DNA from: Eledone cirrhosa
Taxonomy: Eukaryota
DNA: 64,000 bases
Direction of reading: 5' to 3'
NCBI GenBank assembly: GCA_964016885.1
Contig: OZ024741.1
Location: 219,976,001 to 220,040,000 of the forward strand
Shown: positions 42,257-58,000 of the stretch, piece by piece
Layout: every line of letters begins with the position of its first letter
Numbering within the stretch: position 1 is the first letter of the stretch
Notes under the pieces: model-generated
The model's input: only the letters and a program-made list of their open reading frames with translations
Told to the model about the DNA's origin: nothing
Databases searched by the model: none
Position numbers and translations under genes: made by a program

Positions 42257-44067
42257 ATGAAAATAAACAAAAGAATTCATATCCAAACAACACAAATGAC
42301 ACCAAACAGTTCAATGACAACAAAAATAACAGCAAAAACCAATAATGATGATAAAAGCAACAAAGATAACAACAACAAAGAAAAAAATAAAGACAACGCC
42401 AATAACACCAGCATCAAAGACAACAACAACACCAAGGAAAATACGGATGATACCAACATGGGTGACAACAAGAATAACAACAACAATAACAACAATAATG
42501 ACAACACCACCAATACGGATTCCACAAAGAAACCAAAAATCTCCTTTGCAGAGAAAGTTCAAAAGAAAGAAGAATTGATATATCTCGACATAACAAATGC
42601 TGAACAACTTTTAAAGGACGCTAAGAGATATGTCACTTTCGAAAAAAATGGTGCTTTCAGCATCAATTCTCCGGTAGAAATTCGCAAGGAAACTGCTCTC
42701 AAAACGATAGTTTTTAGGACAGTTTCCAATTCTACCCGAAAACCAGTTCAATTGTCACAGAAAGAAATTGAACTGGTTTTCAAAAATTCAATGAATGATA
42801 TTGCATTCATTCAAAGAAGCAAGCTTTTTGGGAGTATTTCGGTACTCATGAAGGATCAATTGACGGCCCAAAATTACTCTGTGTCGCCAATTGTATCCAA
42901 CCTGTACACCTTTTTCCCTACATACATGGGAAAAAGGACACAAAAGATCAGAATCACGAGTGTCACACCAAAGGTGAACATATGGTGGATACTGTTCGGC
43001 TTCATCATTTTGATGAAGACAGAATACTGTCAGTAGGAAAGTCCCCCAGAGATGTATTCAATGGGACTAGCATTGAAGTTCTGGTGCAAATGAGCCCAGA
43101 GCGAATAGCTATGATCCCACAGCGTGTACTCCTGGACGGACTCACCTACATAAACTTTTCGGTTGAGGGTAGGCGGCCTTCATGTTACCATTGCTTTAGC
43201 AGGGGTCACCTGAGGGCTTCCTGTCCTAAACTAATGAACCAAAAAAAGGCTCTTCTGCCGACACCCATCAAAACAACACAACCACCAACACCACCACAAC
43301 AACAACAACACCAACACACAAAAATAACCACAACAAACACAGTCCCACCCAACCCCACTCCACCTAAAACCACTGCAAAATCACATACAGACACAACAGC
43401 TCCTCAAGACATACCCCTCCCCAATCACACAGACGATACAACAAATGAGTCTATCTCGCCATCACCCAGTGAAGACGAGGGAGAACCCCATCGCTCGAAA
43501 AGAAAGAAAAGACATCACAAAAGCAAAAAACCAGCAAACACTACCACAAACATACAACCAGCAACACAAACAACAAAAATATCACAAACAAAACCCCCAC
43601 CTCCTGAAAACAAAATACCTACAACAAAACGAAAGCACACACAAGAACTACAGACAAAAACAAACACAACACAAGAAAATTACACTTACACTTACATAAA
43701 CACTGAAAACAAAACACTAATGGAGACCATCACGAACGACCCTTCGGTTTTCACCGAAGGGAAAACTTTCGCCCACTCTATTAAAAATAGCAAAAAACTG
43801 AACCTAAAACTGATTAGGGTCCCTATACAAACTTATAGGTCCCTAAAAGAAACATTTGAGAAGGATGTGGGTAATTCCTGCGTGAAACCACTCAACCGCG
43901 TCCTTCTCAAATGCCTCCCCACCCCAGACACCCCCAGCCCACCAGACCCCACCCCACCAAACATCTGCGTCCCCACCCCGCCGGAAACCACCACCCATCC
44001 AGACAACCCCTCCAACACCCCCATGGAAATCGTGCGGCCTGGTCCCCAGGAGGCGAAAGGTGAGTGA
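42257..44067 (+). pseudogene. LINE ORF1 (CCHC zinc knuckle; one frameshift near 43000)
   Basis: SFAEKV motif, CYHCFSRGHLRASC, Thr/Pro-rich C-terminal half. Confidence 0.8.
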
Positions 44068-44100
44068 TCTCTTTTCCTCTTTTAACTTTTCAGCACCAAC

Positions 44101-47100
44101 ATTGCCAATATAAGAGTTGGATTTGTGAACGTACGCGACCTGGGGATGCCCTGGAAGCAGGGCAAACTCTTAAACGACCTCAGGTCGCACAGTATGGATG
44201 TGGTAGCCATTTGCGAGTCCAGGATCCACGGCGAGCGACAGCTGGCCCCCATCTTCGATGACTTTGAGATCTACGCATCTCTCTGTCAACCGGGGGGTGG
44301 GGGCGGATTTGCCGTTTTGCTGCGGAAACACCTGGGCCTCGTAACACAGACGGTACATCTGGACCCGGAGGGTCTACTGGTGGTCCTAGACGTTGACGGT
44401 AGTTAAGGTGGAGCCTTCAGGCTGGTGGCCGCATATGCCCCATCCGGGACACCGCGGCCAGACTTCTTCAAACGTCTAGAGACTTTTCTGGGAACGTCAC
44501 GCTCCTTGCTTTTAGTGGGGGACTGGAATGGAATCCTAGATGCACGTTGGGACTATGTGGGAGCATGTCCCGATAAAGGGGGGTGTAACAGCCTCAAACA
44601 GTTAATCGACCGATTTGACCTGGCCGATAGATATCGACTAGATTTTCCGACTGCGCCACTGTGGACGTGGAGTAATCGTAGCGGAACATCTAGATCGTAC
44701 CTAGATAGGGTTCTAGTTAGAAATAAGGATAGGGACATGTTAAGCTGTCCACAAATGTTCATGGTTGCCTATTCAGATCACGAACTAGTGACCTGCATGG
44801 CCAACCTTGATAGAACCCATAGACGAGGACCCGGCTACTGGAAGCTGAACTTGTCGTTACCGACAAGCAAAGCCTAAAGTAGACGGATTAGCACTTTAGT
44901 TAAACAGCACTTGACAGGGGCCATTGTCAACAACAGATGGTGGTACTCTCTCAAGAGGGCAGTTAGATTAGACTCGATAGTTTTTAGTAAAGAATTAGCG
45001 TTAGATAGAAATAGAACCGAGAAGGAACTGGTAGATAAAGTAGAAGAGGCAATTAGAAGTGGCAACGTAGCCAGCGTGCTAGCAACGAGAACGGCCTTGG
45101 ACCAGTTCTTCGACGCAAAGCACGAGGGCTGCGTTGTCAGAAGCAAAATACATGCTCTGGGAAACGAGTCAGCCAAAGCTGTTAGCTGAGCCCGAGTGGC
45201 GGAGGCAAAAATTGGCAACAAGTCCACGATTCGGTCTTTGAAGGACCAAAACGGACGCGTGATACGTGAGCCGAAGCAGATGTGTGCGGCTTTTCAGCGG
45301 CACTTTGCTCGGCTGTTCGGGGGGAGCGGCACGCCGGGAGAGGCTATGGATTTCGGTCCATACCTCGACGGCCTACCGCGACTCTCGGACAGCGAGGCAA
45401 AGTTCTGCAAAAAGCCGATTTCAGCCACTGAGATAGGGGACGCGCTGAGCCAATGCGGCAAACGCAAATCTCCAGGTCTCGACGGTCTACCCTACGAATT
45501 TTACGTAGCAATGCCGGACTTATTCTCCGGTCTCCTGGAAGCGGTCTACTGCAACTGGCAACAGAACGGGAGAATTCCCAGTTCTGTAACCGGGGGCGTG
45601 GTCACACTAATCAGGAAGGACGAGAATAAGGGGGATGACATAGGCAACCTCCGGCCCATAACTCTGCTAAACACAGAGTTACAGATTTTGGCCAATGTGT
45701 TGGCAAAGAGGCTGGCGCTTGTCGTCGAGAACCTGGTGGGAGAAGCGCAGACATGCGCAATCCCGACCAGGTCCATACACGACAACCTCCACCTCATGCG
45801 ATACATCATAGAGAGGGTAGGATGTAAACCCGGCTTCGGTGGGGCCCTGATCAACTTGGATCAGTCTAAGGCTTTCGATAGGGTTGACCATCGTTACCTG
45901 GATGCGGTGCTCGAGGCGGAAGGCTTCGGACCCGTGTTCAAGGGTTGGATTGCTGCAATGCACAACAGCAACATCTGCTCAAGGGTCAAGGTGAACGGCC
46001 ACCTCTCGGAGCCGTTCCATATTACGCGATCCATTCGACAGGGATGCCCTCTCTCCTCCCTTCTGTACGTACTGACTCTCGAACCACTACTGCGGAAGCT
46101 GGAGCTATTGCAGGGCATCCCACTGGAACCGGGACTGCGGAAAGCGGCGTCGGCCTACGCCGACGACGTGACAGTAATGGTGTCGAGCGCCTCGCAAATC
46201 GAGGAAGTCGGCACCTTACTGAAGGAATACGAAAGTGTCACAGGAGCGAAGCTGAACCGGGACAAGTCCATCGGTTTGCAACTCGGATCGTGGAGAGGCA
46301 GACTGATGCCTTCCGATGGCGTCGTCGGACGCTGGACGGAAGGACCGGCAAAGCTGCTCGGGGTCTAGTTTGGTCCGGACCTCTAGGTGGAGAAGAACTG
46401 GAACGAAGTGACGGCCAAGGTGTTTGCACTCACCCAGAAGTGGGCCGAGTGCAAACTATCCTTGAAAGGTCGAACGGAGGTGGCGAACACTTTTATAGCG
46501 TCCGCCATCTACTACCGCTTGACCGTCGTGCCTTGTCCAGCCAAAACGCTCGCCAAAATGGAGCGCGCGCTCTTCCGATTCCTTTGGAAGAGTCGGGCTC
46601 CTTTGGTGAGAAGATCCATCTGCTGCCAACACCCTTCTAACGGAGGGCTGGGGATGCCGTGGTTGACGATGCGCAAACACGCGCTCAGGCTGCGGCATCT
46701 CTACGTATTCCTCACCGGACAACCGGTGTGGGCCCCGTTCGTGAGGCGAGCCTTCCCACGACTCGTCTCGCTGACCGAGCTCCAGTCCTGGGTCAAGCAA
46801 AGACCGAGGAAAATGGGCGACTGGCACATCGAATGTGCTCAGGCGCTCACAGCCCTCTGGCAGGCGGACCTGGCGATCAGTGGAGACTCCACTTCGTCAT
46901 TCTATAGAGGGTTGGTCCGCAGCAAGTGCGACGACGCGCTCGGTGAAACTCTAGGCGTAGAGGAAGATGAACTGGCTAGTCTGTTCGGTAGGACCTTCCG
47001 CCCGGGACCGATGGACAACTTCCAAAAGTCCCTGGCCTGGCAGTGCTACCGAGGAGCTCTACCAGTTCGAGACAAGCTCTACAGACATGGGCGCCCGGGC

Positions 47101-47537
47101 AGGGACCCTGCACAAAAGATCTGTCCGATGTGCGTGCGAGACGAAGAAACCGTCGCGCACGCATTCATACACTGTCCGGGCGTCACTGACCTGTGGGTCT
47201 ATGTAGAACGACTATTTTCGCGGGTGGGACCAATCCAGTTGACCACCGAATCCATTGTCATGATCAAACCGCCACCCTCCTTCAAAAACGAAGGAGAGGC
47301 GGTTTTCCTTTGTGTGATATCTATGGCAAAAGAGGTTGTATGGTGGACAAGGTTGAAAGGGCTGAGGTCAGACACCTTTCTCTCCGGCCAACAACTGATT
47401 CTTTTTTTCAAATACCACTTTGGAAGAAGAATCAGGATGGAGAGAGAGGTGCTGTACCCCAGCAAGTTTTATGAAGGTGGGTGAAAGTGGCGAGAATGGC
47501 CCGAGTGAATGGGCCTTCTCTCTATATCAGCCTGTAG
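44101..47537 (+). pseudogene. LINE ORF2 (APE endonuclease, RT, C-terminal Cys/His motif) with several premature stops
   Basis: NVR, ICES, YAP, GDWN, YLDR, SDH; SPGLDG, RPITLLN, DQSKAFDRV, QGCPLS, YADD; CPMC..ETVAHAFIHC. Stops at 44404, 44875, 45187, 46366 and 46384. Confidence 0.93.
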
Positions 47538-47928
47538 GTTGAGGAAAAGGAGGAGGAGAGGAAAGGAGTACAAACTCTTCGTACTCCTGGAGATGAGGGT
47601 TGCACATTTTTTTTCGGGGGTATGTGTTACCCATATAAACTGTCTCCCTCTATTGGGGAAAATCGACTAACTTTTTAAATTCCATTTGTGATAACATTTT
47701 ACACGTTTTTATTGTATGTAAACTTCCCCCTTTGTATTTGTTCCCTTCTTTTGTGCCCCTGTGGCTAATAAAGAAATCTATCTATCTATCTATCCATCTA
47801 TCTATCTATCTATCTATCTATCTATATATATATATATAAATATATATGTATGTGTGTGTATATATATATATATATATGTATTGTTTACTATATTTACTGT
47901 GGTTACGTCCGATTTAACTCGGTACTCA

Positions 47929-48005
<77 letters not shown>

Positions 48006-48199
48006 CTCTTTATATATATATATATATATATGTCAACATGAATGGACCTGTTATTTTTATCTAAATACATTTTTTCCAATTCCATCTCGCCCGTCCCCTC
48101 AATCTATTTTATTTCTCATTCTTCTTCTGATAAAGGACTAGCGGCCGAAACGTTAAGACCCTCTTCCTGCTATATCAAGCGTTAACCTAATATATATGG

Positions 48200-48415
48200 T
48201 TACCATTTGTATGCTAAGGTATTCATTACAAAGTAGAGTATAAATATTTAATATAGAAAAGGCTTCTACAGGACTAGCACTGTTTCATTCTCCCGAATGA
48301 AACAGTTCTAGTCCTGTAGAAGCCTTTTGTATATTAATTATTTATACTCTACTTTGTAATGAGTACCTTATAATACTGTTAGCTTCTCGCTACAACAATT
48401 TCTATACTTTTCATT
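48200..48415. mobile_element. Fold-back pLTR insert (family also at 20395-20510, 54640-54892, 59782-59970)
   Basis: Arms centred ~48293. The family carries CTGATGA...GAAAC-AGTT at 54763. Confidence 0.7.
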
Positions 48416-48439
48416 TATATATATATACATATATATACA

Positions 48440-49717
<1,278 letters not shown>

Positions 49718-50478
49718 TATATGTGTAAACTTTGCTAGTGCTCCGATGAATTCAAACGAAAGTTTGGAAGAAACGATTGTCACCAATAAAATGTTTTGAA
49801 CATAGTTTTGATTATTCTGTAATTTATATAACTATATACATGTATATATATATACATATATATATATATGTGCGTGTGTTTGTATGTGTGTGTGTTTTTT
49901 CTTTGCGTGTGTGTGTTTGTTTGTTTTTGCGTGTGTCTGTTTGTTTGTGTCTGTGTATGTATGTGTGTGTGTGTGGGTCTGTGTGTGTGTCTATGTATTT
50001 ATGCTGGTATGTATGTATTTTATAGACGTATATTTACGTACATCAGGCAGTGATTGTGGAATGGAATAATGGATGAAGGTATTGACAGAGCAGATGGTGT
50101 GTGTTGAATTCAGATTTGAAGAATATTGCAGCTAACGTCAACAACATCAACAGAACGTGGCCGATATTTCAAGTTAAGATAAGTAAGCCAAAGTTAAAAT
50201 GTCTGAGTTGTTGTCGATAAAACACCACACGCACAGACACACACACTGACACACACACACACTCACTCACACACACACACATATACACACTGACACCCAC
50301 ACCCACACACACACTGACACACACACTGACATCCACACCCACACATACTGACATCCACACCCACACACACTGACACACACACTCAAACACTCACAGTTCA
50401 GACTCACTAACAAACAGGGATCACACGAAGTAAAATGTTATATCAGAATATACAGTGTAATATATAAGGAAGTAAATC

Positions 50479-50539
<61 letters not shown>

Positions 50540-50675
50540 ACGAAGGAAATGTGGTAAGGAACCAGGTGGACCATAACGCACCAAAGTACTCAATACTTGA
50601 GGTAGTAGAGTGGGTAATAGGAACCAGTAAGACCCCGACAGCTGAGCTCAAGCCGTTTCGACGGCTAATTCTGGA

Positions 50676-50756
<81 letters not shown>

Positions 50757-50764
50757 ATGCAGAG

Positions 50765-51209
50765 TTTATATTTAATTTGTTGGGATTCAACAAGCTTAAA
50801 GATTTGTATAACTGATATAAAGCACTCAACAGTTAGTGGAGTAAATATATAATATATTAATAAATGGAAACTATATTTATAAAACCATAATTATTTTATT
50901 GTATATATTTCAAGGGCGAGCAAGGTAAATTATGGTGCGCTTTCATCAGATAAAATACAGATTTGTTTTATAAATAAATAAATATTGACATACCCGGAAA
51001 AAAACAACCTCAACGGTTGAAATTCCATGGATATGAAGTTCCAGCGAATTTCAACCGTTGAGGTTTTTTTTTCCGGGTATGTCAATATTTATTTATACAA
51101 CAAATCTGTATTTTATCTGATGAAAGCGCACCATAATTTACCTTGGTCGCCCTTGAAATATATATAATAAAATAATTATTGTTTTATAAATATAGTTTCC
51201 ATTTACTAA

Positions 51210-51218
<9 letters not shown>
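50765..51218. mobile_element. Fold-back pLTR insert with HHR motif
   Basis: Arms centred ~51036. CTGATGA at 51117. Tail on the left. Related to 4512-4916. Confidence 0.78.
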
Positions 51219-51249
<31 letters not shown>

Positions 51250-51353
51250 GTGAAAGGCAAAGTCAACCTCGGCGGGATTTTAACTCAGAATGGAAAGGGC
51301 CGTAACTCTATGCGTCAAAGCATGGCGTCCGACCCTCTACCGATACTGCCAAT

Positions 51354-51499
<146 letters not shown>

Positions 51500-51779
51500 G
51501 GCTGCACGGGTGATTTTAGGCATGATCTCTATGTGTTGGTAATTTAACGATAGTTATAGCTCTGATTTATCCAAATTATTGGGCCCTCTGCCACTCATAT
51601 CGGATATTGTTTATCGTTAATTCGTGAGCTGATTTTCCGATACTCGATTATTCTATTATATATATATATATATATAGATAGATACATATATATATATACA
51701 TATATATACACCACTGACATCCACCAACTCCTATCCATCGTCGTCGACAACACCTACTTCGGATTCCTTGACCAAACAT

Positions 51780-52826
51780 ACCAACAAACCTCGGGACTGC
51801 CCATGGGATCAAGCCTGTCGGGTGTGCTAGCGATCTCTTACATGGACAGCCTCGAGCGCAAGGCACTGAACGCCTGCCACCCCAACGCCGTCGCCTTTTT
51901 CTCAAGGTACGTTGACGATATCCTCATCCTCACATCTTCCCAATACATAGCGAACAGAATCTATGAGACGTTCAACAACACGGACGAGAACATTGACTTC
52001 AGTGTTGAACACCCCAACGACGACGTGTCACATGCCCTCCTCGACTTCCAAAACAACATCACGGAAATGGGAGGGATCCACTGCAACTTCTACCGAAAGG
52101 CAGCCTGCAGGGACCTGTTCGTCCACTACAAGTCCGCCCTCCCTAACAGTGCCAAAAGAGGATACATCACGAACGAGATCGCGCGAATCAAAAACAGATG
52201 CAGCGATCCGCGAGTGGTGTCACTCATACCAAGCGATTCCTCTGGAGACACCAGACACAAGAGACAGAGAGGCACCCAAGGCAAGTGCTTCCTTAAAATG
52301 CCACACCTGGGCGAGAATACCTCCAACGCTATCCGCAAGGCTATACGGAGAGCCGCCTCGACATCCAACTGGCCCACTCGGGCCCCTCCCTGCGAAGATG
52401 CCTCTCCAGGAAACCCGGGAAATCAACTGACGCGTGCTCCCTCAGAGACTGCCCGATGCGCCATGCGAAGTGTTGCCTACGCACATACGTGGTGTATAAG
52501 ATAGAATGTAACAAGTGCAACCAATACTATATAGGTAGCACAATCCGGCCGTTGCACATGCGGATCAAGGAACACACTAAAAGCAGGGCCTCGTCTTTTC
52601 GGAAACACATAGCCAAATGCGGAAACACAGACGGAAGGCCCATTGTCACAATTCTAGCGACAGAAAGAAACGTCGGCACGTTACGTATCAAGTAAGCACT
52701 TTGGATCAAACGCCTAGGGCCACAATTAAACAACCGATCCGAGAGAAGAGAAATGAGGTGGTTGGTTTAAGTTAACAAACGATGCAGCAACACATGCACA
52801 CAGACACACACAAGCGAGACAGCAAC

Positions 52827-52920
<94 letters not shown>

Positions 52921-53575
52921 ACACACACACATACAGTAGCATTACACCATACGAAAATACTACACTGCCAATACAGAGGAACAATGCAACTACACACGCA
53001 CACACACACTCAAGCGAGACAACAACACACGCACACACACACACACACACACACAGTAACATTCACCAAACAGACAGAGAATACTATGGACTAACAGCTA
53101 GCGCCACCCCACTCCCACAATTGAAAGAACTACTTCGGCCGCTGACCTCTGCCTGACCGACCCCATTTCATGCGCACGCGCGCTCTGCTGAATACCTCAG
53201 ATATTCAAAACAACGAACAGCGGAGGATACGTTTCGCACCTTTCCGACAGACAACCTCCCCTCCACCCACCCCGGAAAAACCACAGTTGATGAATGTGAA
53301 TCCGAAATATATAGGGACAATTAAATCTCTCCCAAGGTAACGCTTTCTCGTGTTGTTATTTGTATTTTTATCCTTTACGCTCTTTCCTTCATTCCTCTAC
53401 ACGTCTGATACACGCCACGCATCTCAACGTACACCCACTTACATCTCTCTCTCCACCACCGGATCTTGTTACCCGGAGATTTACCCATCTGCATTGTCGA
53501 GGGTTCCAAACGACTTAAAGAAATTTACCTTATTATTCCACAATGCTTCAAGCAAACTTCAATACTCTCTTATAA
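51780..53575 (+). mobile_element. 5'-truncated, internally deleted PLE (Penelope/Poseidon-like)
   Basis: AMGSSLSGVLA, RYVDD, YRK, VVYKIECNKCNQYYIGSTIRPLHMRIKEH. Possible degenerate HHR TTGATGA..GAAAT at ~53287-53310. Confidence 0.85.
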
Positions 53576-53649
53576 ATATATACATATATATATATATATA
53601 TACATATATATATACATATATATATATACATATATATATATGTATATAT

Positions 53650-54010
53650 AGAAAAAAAGATGAAATCGAAAATGCAACTGGAGTCTTATTTTTTAAAACA
53701 ATATATATATTTATTTGGTTCCTTTACCGGTTTCGCAGTTCTTCTGCTTTTCAAAAGTAGAGTTGAGAAGAAGGGTCTGTGGTTTTTCTCACATCTGATG
53801 TGAGAAAAACCACAGACCCTTCTTCTCAACTCTACTTTTGAAAAGCAGAAGAACTGCGAAACCGGTAAAGGAACCAAATAAATATATATATTGTTTTAAA
53901 AAATAAGACTCCAGTTGCATTTTCGATTTCATCTTTTTTTCTTTATACTTTCACTCTTGTAGGAGACCTCGGTTATTTTTCATTTTGTAAAAAAAACCCT
54001 CACTTTCTAA
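53650..54010. mobile_element. Fold-back pLTR insert with U3-A8 HHR variant
   Basis: Near-perfect ~143-bp arms centred ~53796. CTT-TTGAAAA(53838)-GCAG/CTGC-GAAAC-CG-GTA-AAG. Confidence 0.85.
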
Positions 54011-54031
54011 TATATATATATATATATATAT

Positions 54032-54470
54032 AAGTTAAAACAATGAAATAAAAAACCCAGTCATTAGAGATATACTTCACTGCTTTACGATCGTTTCTAG
54101 ATGGTGATAATACATTGTATCTATACTCAGTTATTGATATATGTAAGTTTACAAACTATCAGATAGAGAGAATATTTACTTGCATGCAAGTAAATATTCT
54201 CTCTATCTGATAGTTTGTAAACTTACATAGATCAATAACTGAGTATAGATACAATGTATTATCACCATCTAGAAAGGATCGTAAAGCAGTGAAGTATATC
54301 TCTTGTGACTTGATTTTTTATTTCATTGTTTTAACTTATATCATGACTCTGTTTTCCTTTTAATGTTTTATTGTTTTCTGAGATTTATCTTAACCTACAA
54401 CATTTTCAACATATGGATTACATTGAGTTCTTCATACAGAATAGACCCCACAACTTACAGTAGATACCTC
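54032..54470. mobile_element. Fold-back pLTR insert
   Basis: Arms meet at ACTTGCATGCAAGT (~54185); right tail. Confidence 0.78.
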
Positions 54471-54476
54471 TGTGTG

Positions 54477-54539
<63 letters not shown>

Positions 54540-54547
54540 ACATATAC

Positions 54548-54589
<42 letters not shown>

Positions 54590-54592
54590 GTA

Positions 54593-54624
<32 letters not shown>

Positions 54625-54890
54625 AACTATAGCTTTGTAGAATTAGCTTTTAATGAATTCCCTTTTCTATCAACCAATGACCTGCACCCATCCCACTCCC
54701 CACCCTCTCCTACCACTTGTAGAGACCTATAAATACCATATTTATTTTTTGATACCCAGATTCCTGATGATTTCTAATGAATGAAACAGTTCTAGTCCTG
54801 TAGAATCTCATCTATATTAAAACTTTTATACTCTGCTATGTATTGAGTACCTTACTTACTGTGGTTACCTCCGATTCAACCCGGAATAAC

Positions 54891-54953
<63 letters not shown>

Positions 54954-55062
54954 AACGAGTAGGACCCCGACGGCTGAGCTCAAGCCGTTTCGACGGCTAA
55001 TTCTGGACTATAGAGTACTTTGGTGCGTTATGGTCCACCTGGTTCCATACCACATTTCCTTC

Positions 55063-55092
<30 letters not shown>

Positions 55093-55099
<7 letters not shown>

Positions 55100-58000
55100 A
55101 TATTTGGGGAGGGTCATATTTGCGTAATATTGCCAGAATTAATAACAGAACACACTCACTGTTTGGTTGGTTTTCGCTTCTCGCTGTCTTTTATATATAT
55201 ATATCTGCGATCTAACTTACTCGGTCCTCAATGTTGCCATTGACTGACCGGCGGTCAAAAATAATACAGATACAATATAGACAAACACATATATATATAG
55301 TTTACATAATTTACATAAATCTTTCGTTGCACATCTGCAACATCGTCAGTGGTGTTATATTCATTGTTCCTCCTGTTGTGTTGTATGTCTACGCCATTTT
55401 TTTTTTGTTCAGTCTGTCTATATATTTATTTATTTATTTGCTTGTTTGTTTATCTTATTTTATTTTGTCTTCTTTGCGCATGCGTTTGCGTGTGTGTATA
55501 GTGTTATGTGTGATGTGTGACTAGTGTGTATAGTGTTGTGTCTGCTGGGTGACTAGTGTGTGTTTATGTGCTTGTGTATGTATTTATTTATCTTATTTTA
55601 TTTAATTTAATTTACTTATTTATTTATACTTCTCTTAGGTCAGTGTTAGAGAAACTATTTTTCAACCCAGCTGACAAAACATATAAGATGGGTAATATCT
55701 ATCCTACGAGGTTACCCTTTAATAAAAGAGTTTGCATACCACAGCAAATAGATGACGAGACGGAGGCACAGTTCACCATAGCTAGAAATAAGATTAGACA
55801 AGTAGTAGACAGGTACACTATGAGACAGAGCAGACCAGAGGCCCAACAACTTGGGATAAAACCTGTAGAAGGCTTGGTTAGCCTCAAGCAGCGCACAAGG
55901 GATGGTGAGGTAGTGTGTCTACCCACAGATAAGTCTGGTAGGATGTCAATAGATAGCATGCCGAACTACATCGAGGCAATGCAACCCCACATCACCAACA
56001 CGAGCGAAGTTGCACAACTAACACACGATGGGAGAGAAAAAATCCTCAACGCTCACATGATGATGTGGACTGACATCCTAAAGCCAAGCAGACGCACTGC
56101 CAACAACTTCCAGGCGTCTAACAATGGCATACCACCCTTGTATGGGCTCCGCAAAGACCACAAGACAGTCGACGACCCGACAACAGGACCACCAACAAGA
56201 CCCGTATGCGGAGCTAATATAGCTAGCAACTACAGGATCTCCTACTTCCTCTCAATGGTTATACGCCCCATAATCAAGATGTCCCCAGATGTATGTGAAA
56301 GTACAGAGGACCTCCTCAGCAGAATCAGTGAGTGCAACAAAAACAGGAGCCTATCCAACTGCATAATAGGCAGCATGGATGTGGTGTCACTGTACCCATC
56401 CATTAACATTGATTTTGCTGTGAAAAGATGTGTGGAGATGATCATTGAGAGTGAGGTGGAGTTCTGCGACGTCGACACAGACGAACTGGGCCTCCTACTT
56501 AGACTTACCTACGACACTGACTACCTAGACAGCCATGACCTTAGATGTTTCTGCCCTAGTAGACCTATAAGAGGTAGACCCCCCACCATAACCTCAATGG
56601 CTAAAAAGACTCCCATAGGAAGGTGGATTGGGTGGACCAAAGCTATACGGACCCCCCAAAACACTGATCAGGTAAGAAAAATGGTCGCACATGCAATAGG
56701 GGCTAGTATCAAAACTACCCTAAAGGGCCACATATTTAAGTTCAATGAGAAAATCTACACCCAAAATGAGGGAGCAGCCATCGGCGTCAGCATAGCTGGT
56801 GATGTTGCCAACCTTTTCATGGTATGGTGGGAAAGGAGACTTAAAGATCTCCTTAATGAAAGCTCCATAGACCTCATCATGTACTCTCGTTATGTAGACG
56901 ATATCAATATAGTTATAAGAACACCCCCACTAGAGAGCACTAACAAGTTTGATTTAGAACGTAGCACGATGGAAAGCATCCAGCAGATAGCTAATTCCAT
57001 ACACCAGAGTATAACTGTAACTATAGACTTCCCTTCCAAACACCCTAACAATAGACTACCTGTATTAGACACAGAACTCTGGATTAACACTATAGACGAG
57101 AGAGCCCAAATTCTCCACTCACACTATGCTAAACCCATGGCCTCCAAATACCTGATACTCAAAAACTCAGCAATGTCCAGTAGTGCTAAGTTTAATATTC
57201 TGATCGCAGATTTGGTACGAGTGATGAAGAATGTGTCCAGCATGTGCGACCCAACAGAAATGGAAGGACACATCCAACACTTCATCAACCGCATGCAGTT
57301 CTCTGGCTACAACCAAAGAGACAGAGTCAGAGTATACGAAGGAGCCATGGAAAAGTATAAGACCCTCATAGAACTGGACATGAAAGGAATTTGCCCACTA
57401 TACAGGAGCAAATCATGGAATAGCTTAGATAGGGCTAGACATAAGATAGGGAAGGCCACATCATGGTACGACAACCAGAGATATCAGAGTGTCATGTTTG
57501 TGGACGCCACCCCTGGAGGGAAATTAGCTAACCAGTGTAGAAAGGCCCTGAGAAAGACCCACTTAAAAATAAAGGTGGTAGAAAAGCCAGGAACCACCAT
57601 AAAATCCCTGATCAGCAAAACCTACCCTTTTAAGAAAACCCACTGTACCAATAGGAAATGTATCATATGTAAGGTGAACCCCCGGATAAACTGTAAAACT
57701 AGAAACGTAGTCTATAGCATAAGATGTACAGAGGGTACTTGCAGAAACACGACAACAACATACATAGGTGAGACAGCTCGTAGCATAGGTGAAAGGATAG
57801 ACCAACACTGGGGGGAACTAAAAGGACGAAAAAACGGGTCAGTACTATACGAACATGCTAGACAACAACATGACGGTAACATAGACAACATAGAAATTAG
57901 AATAATATCTAAACATAGGAATGACCCAGCAGATAGGCAAATCAGAGAGGCCAGTGAAATAGAAATTAGAAGACCAAAGCTAAACAGAAAGAATGAGTGG

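Larger units (their letters stand above)
41929..47776 (+). mobile_element. Full-length, decayed L1/Tx1-type LINE inserted in (CTAT)n
   Basis: 5' UTR, ORF1, ORF2, 3' UTR, AATAAA at 47767; (CTAT)n on both flanks. Confidence 0.92.

Noticed and set aside
55556-55647. Hydrophobic N-terminus of the 830-aa ORF as a signal or TM segment
   Set aside because: It is antisense 3'-UTR sequence from the inverted arm that happens to be in frame.
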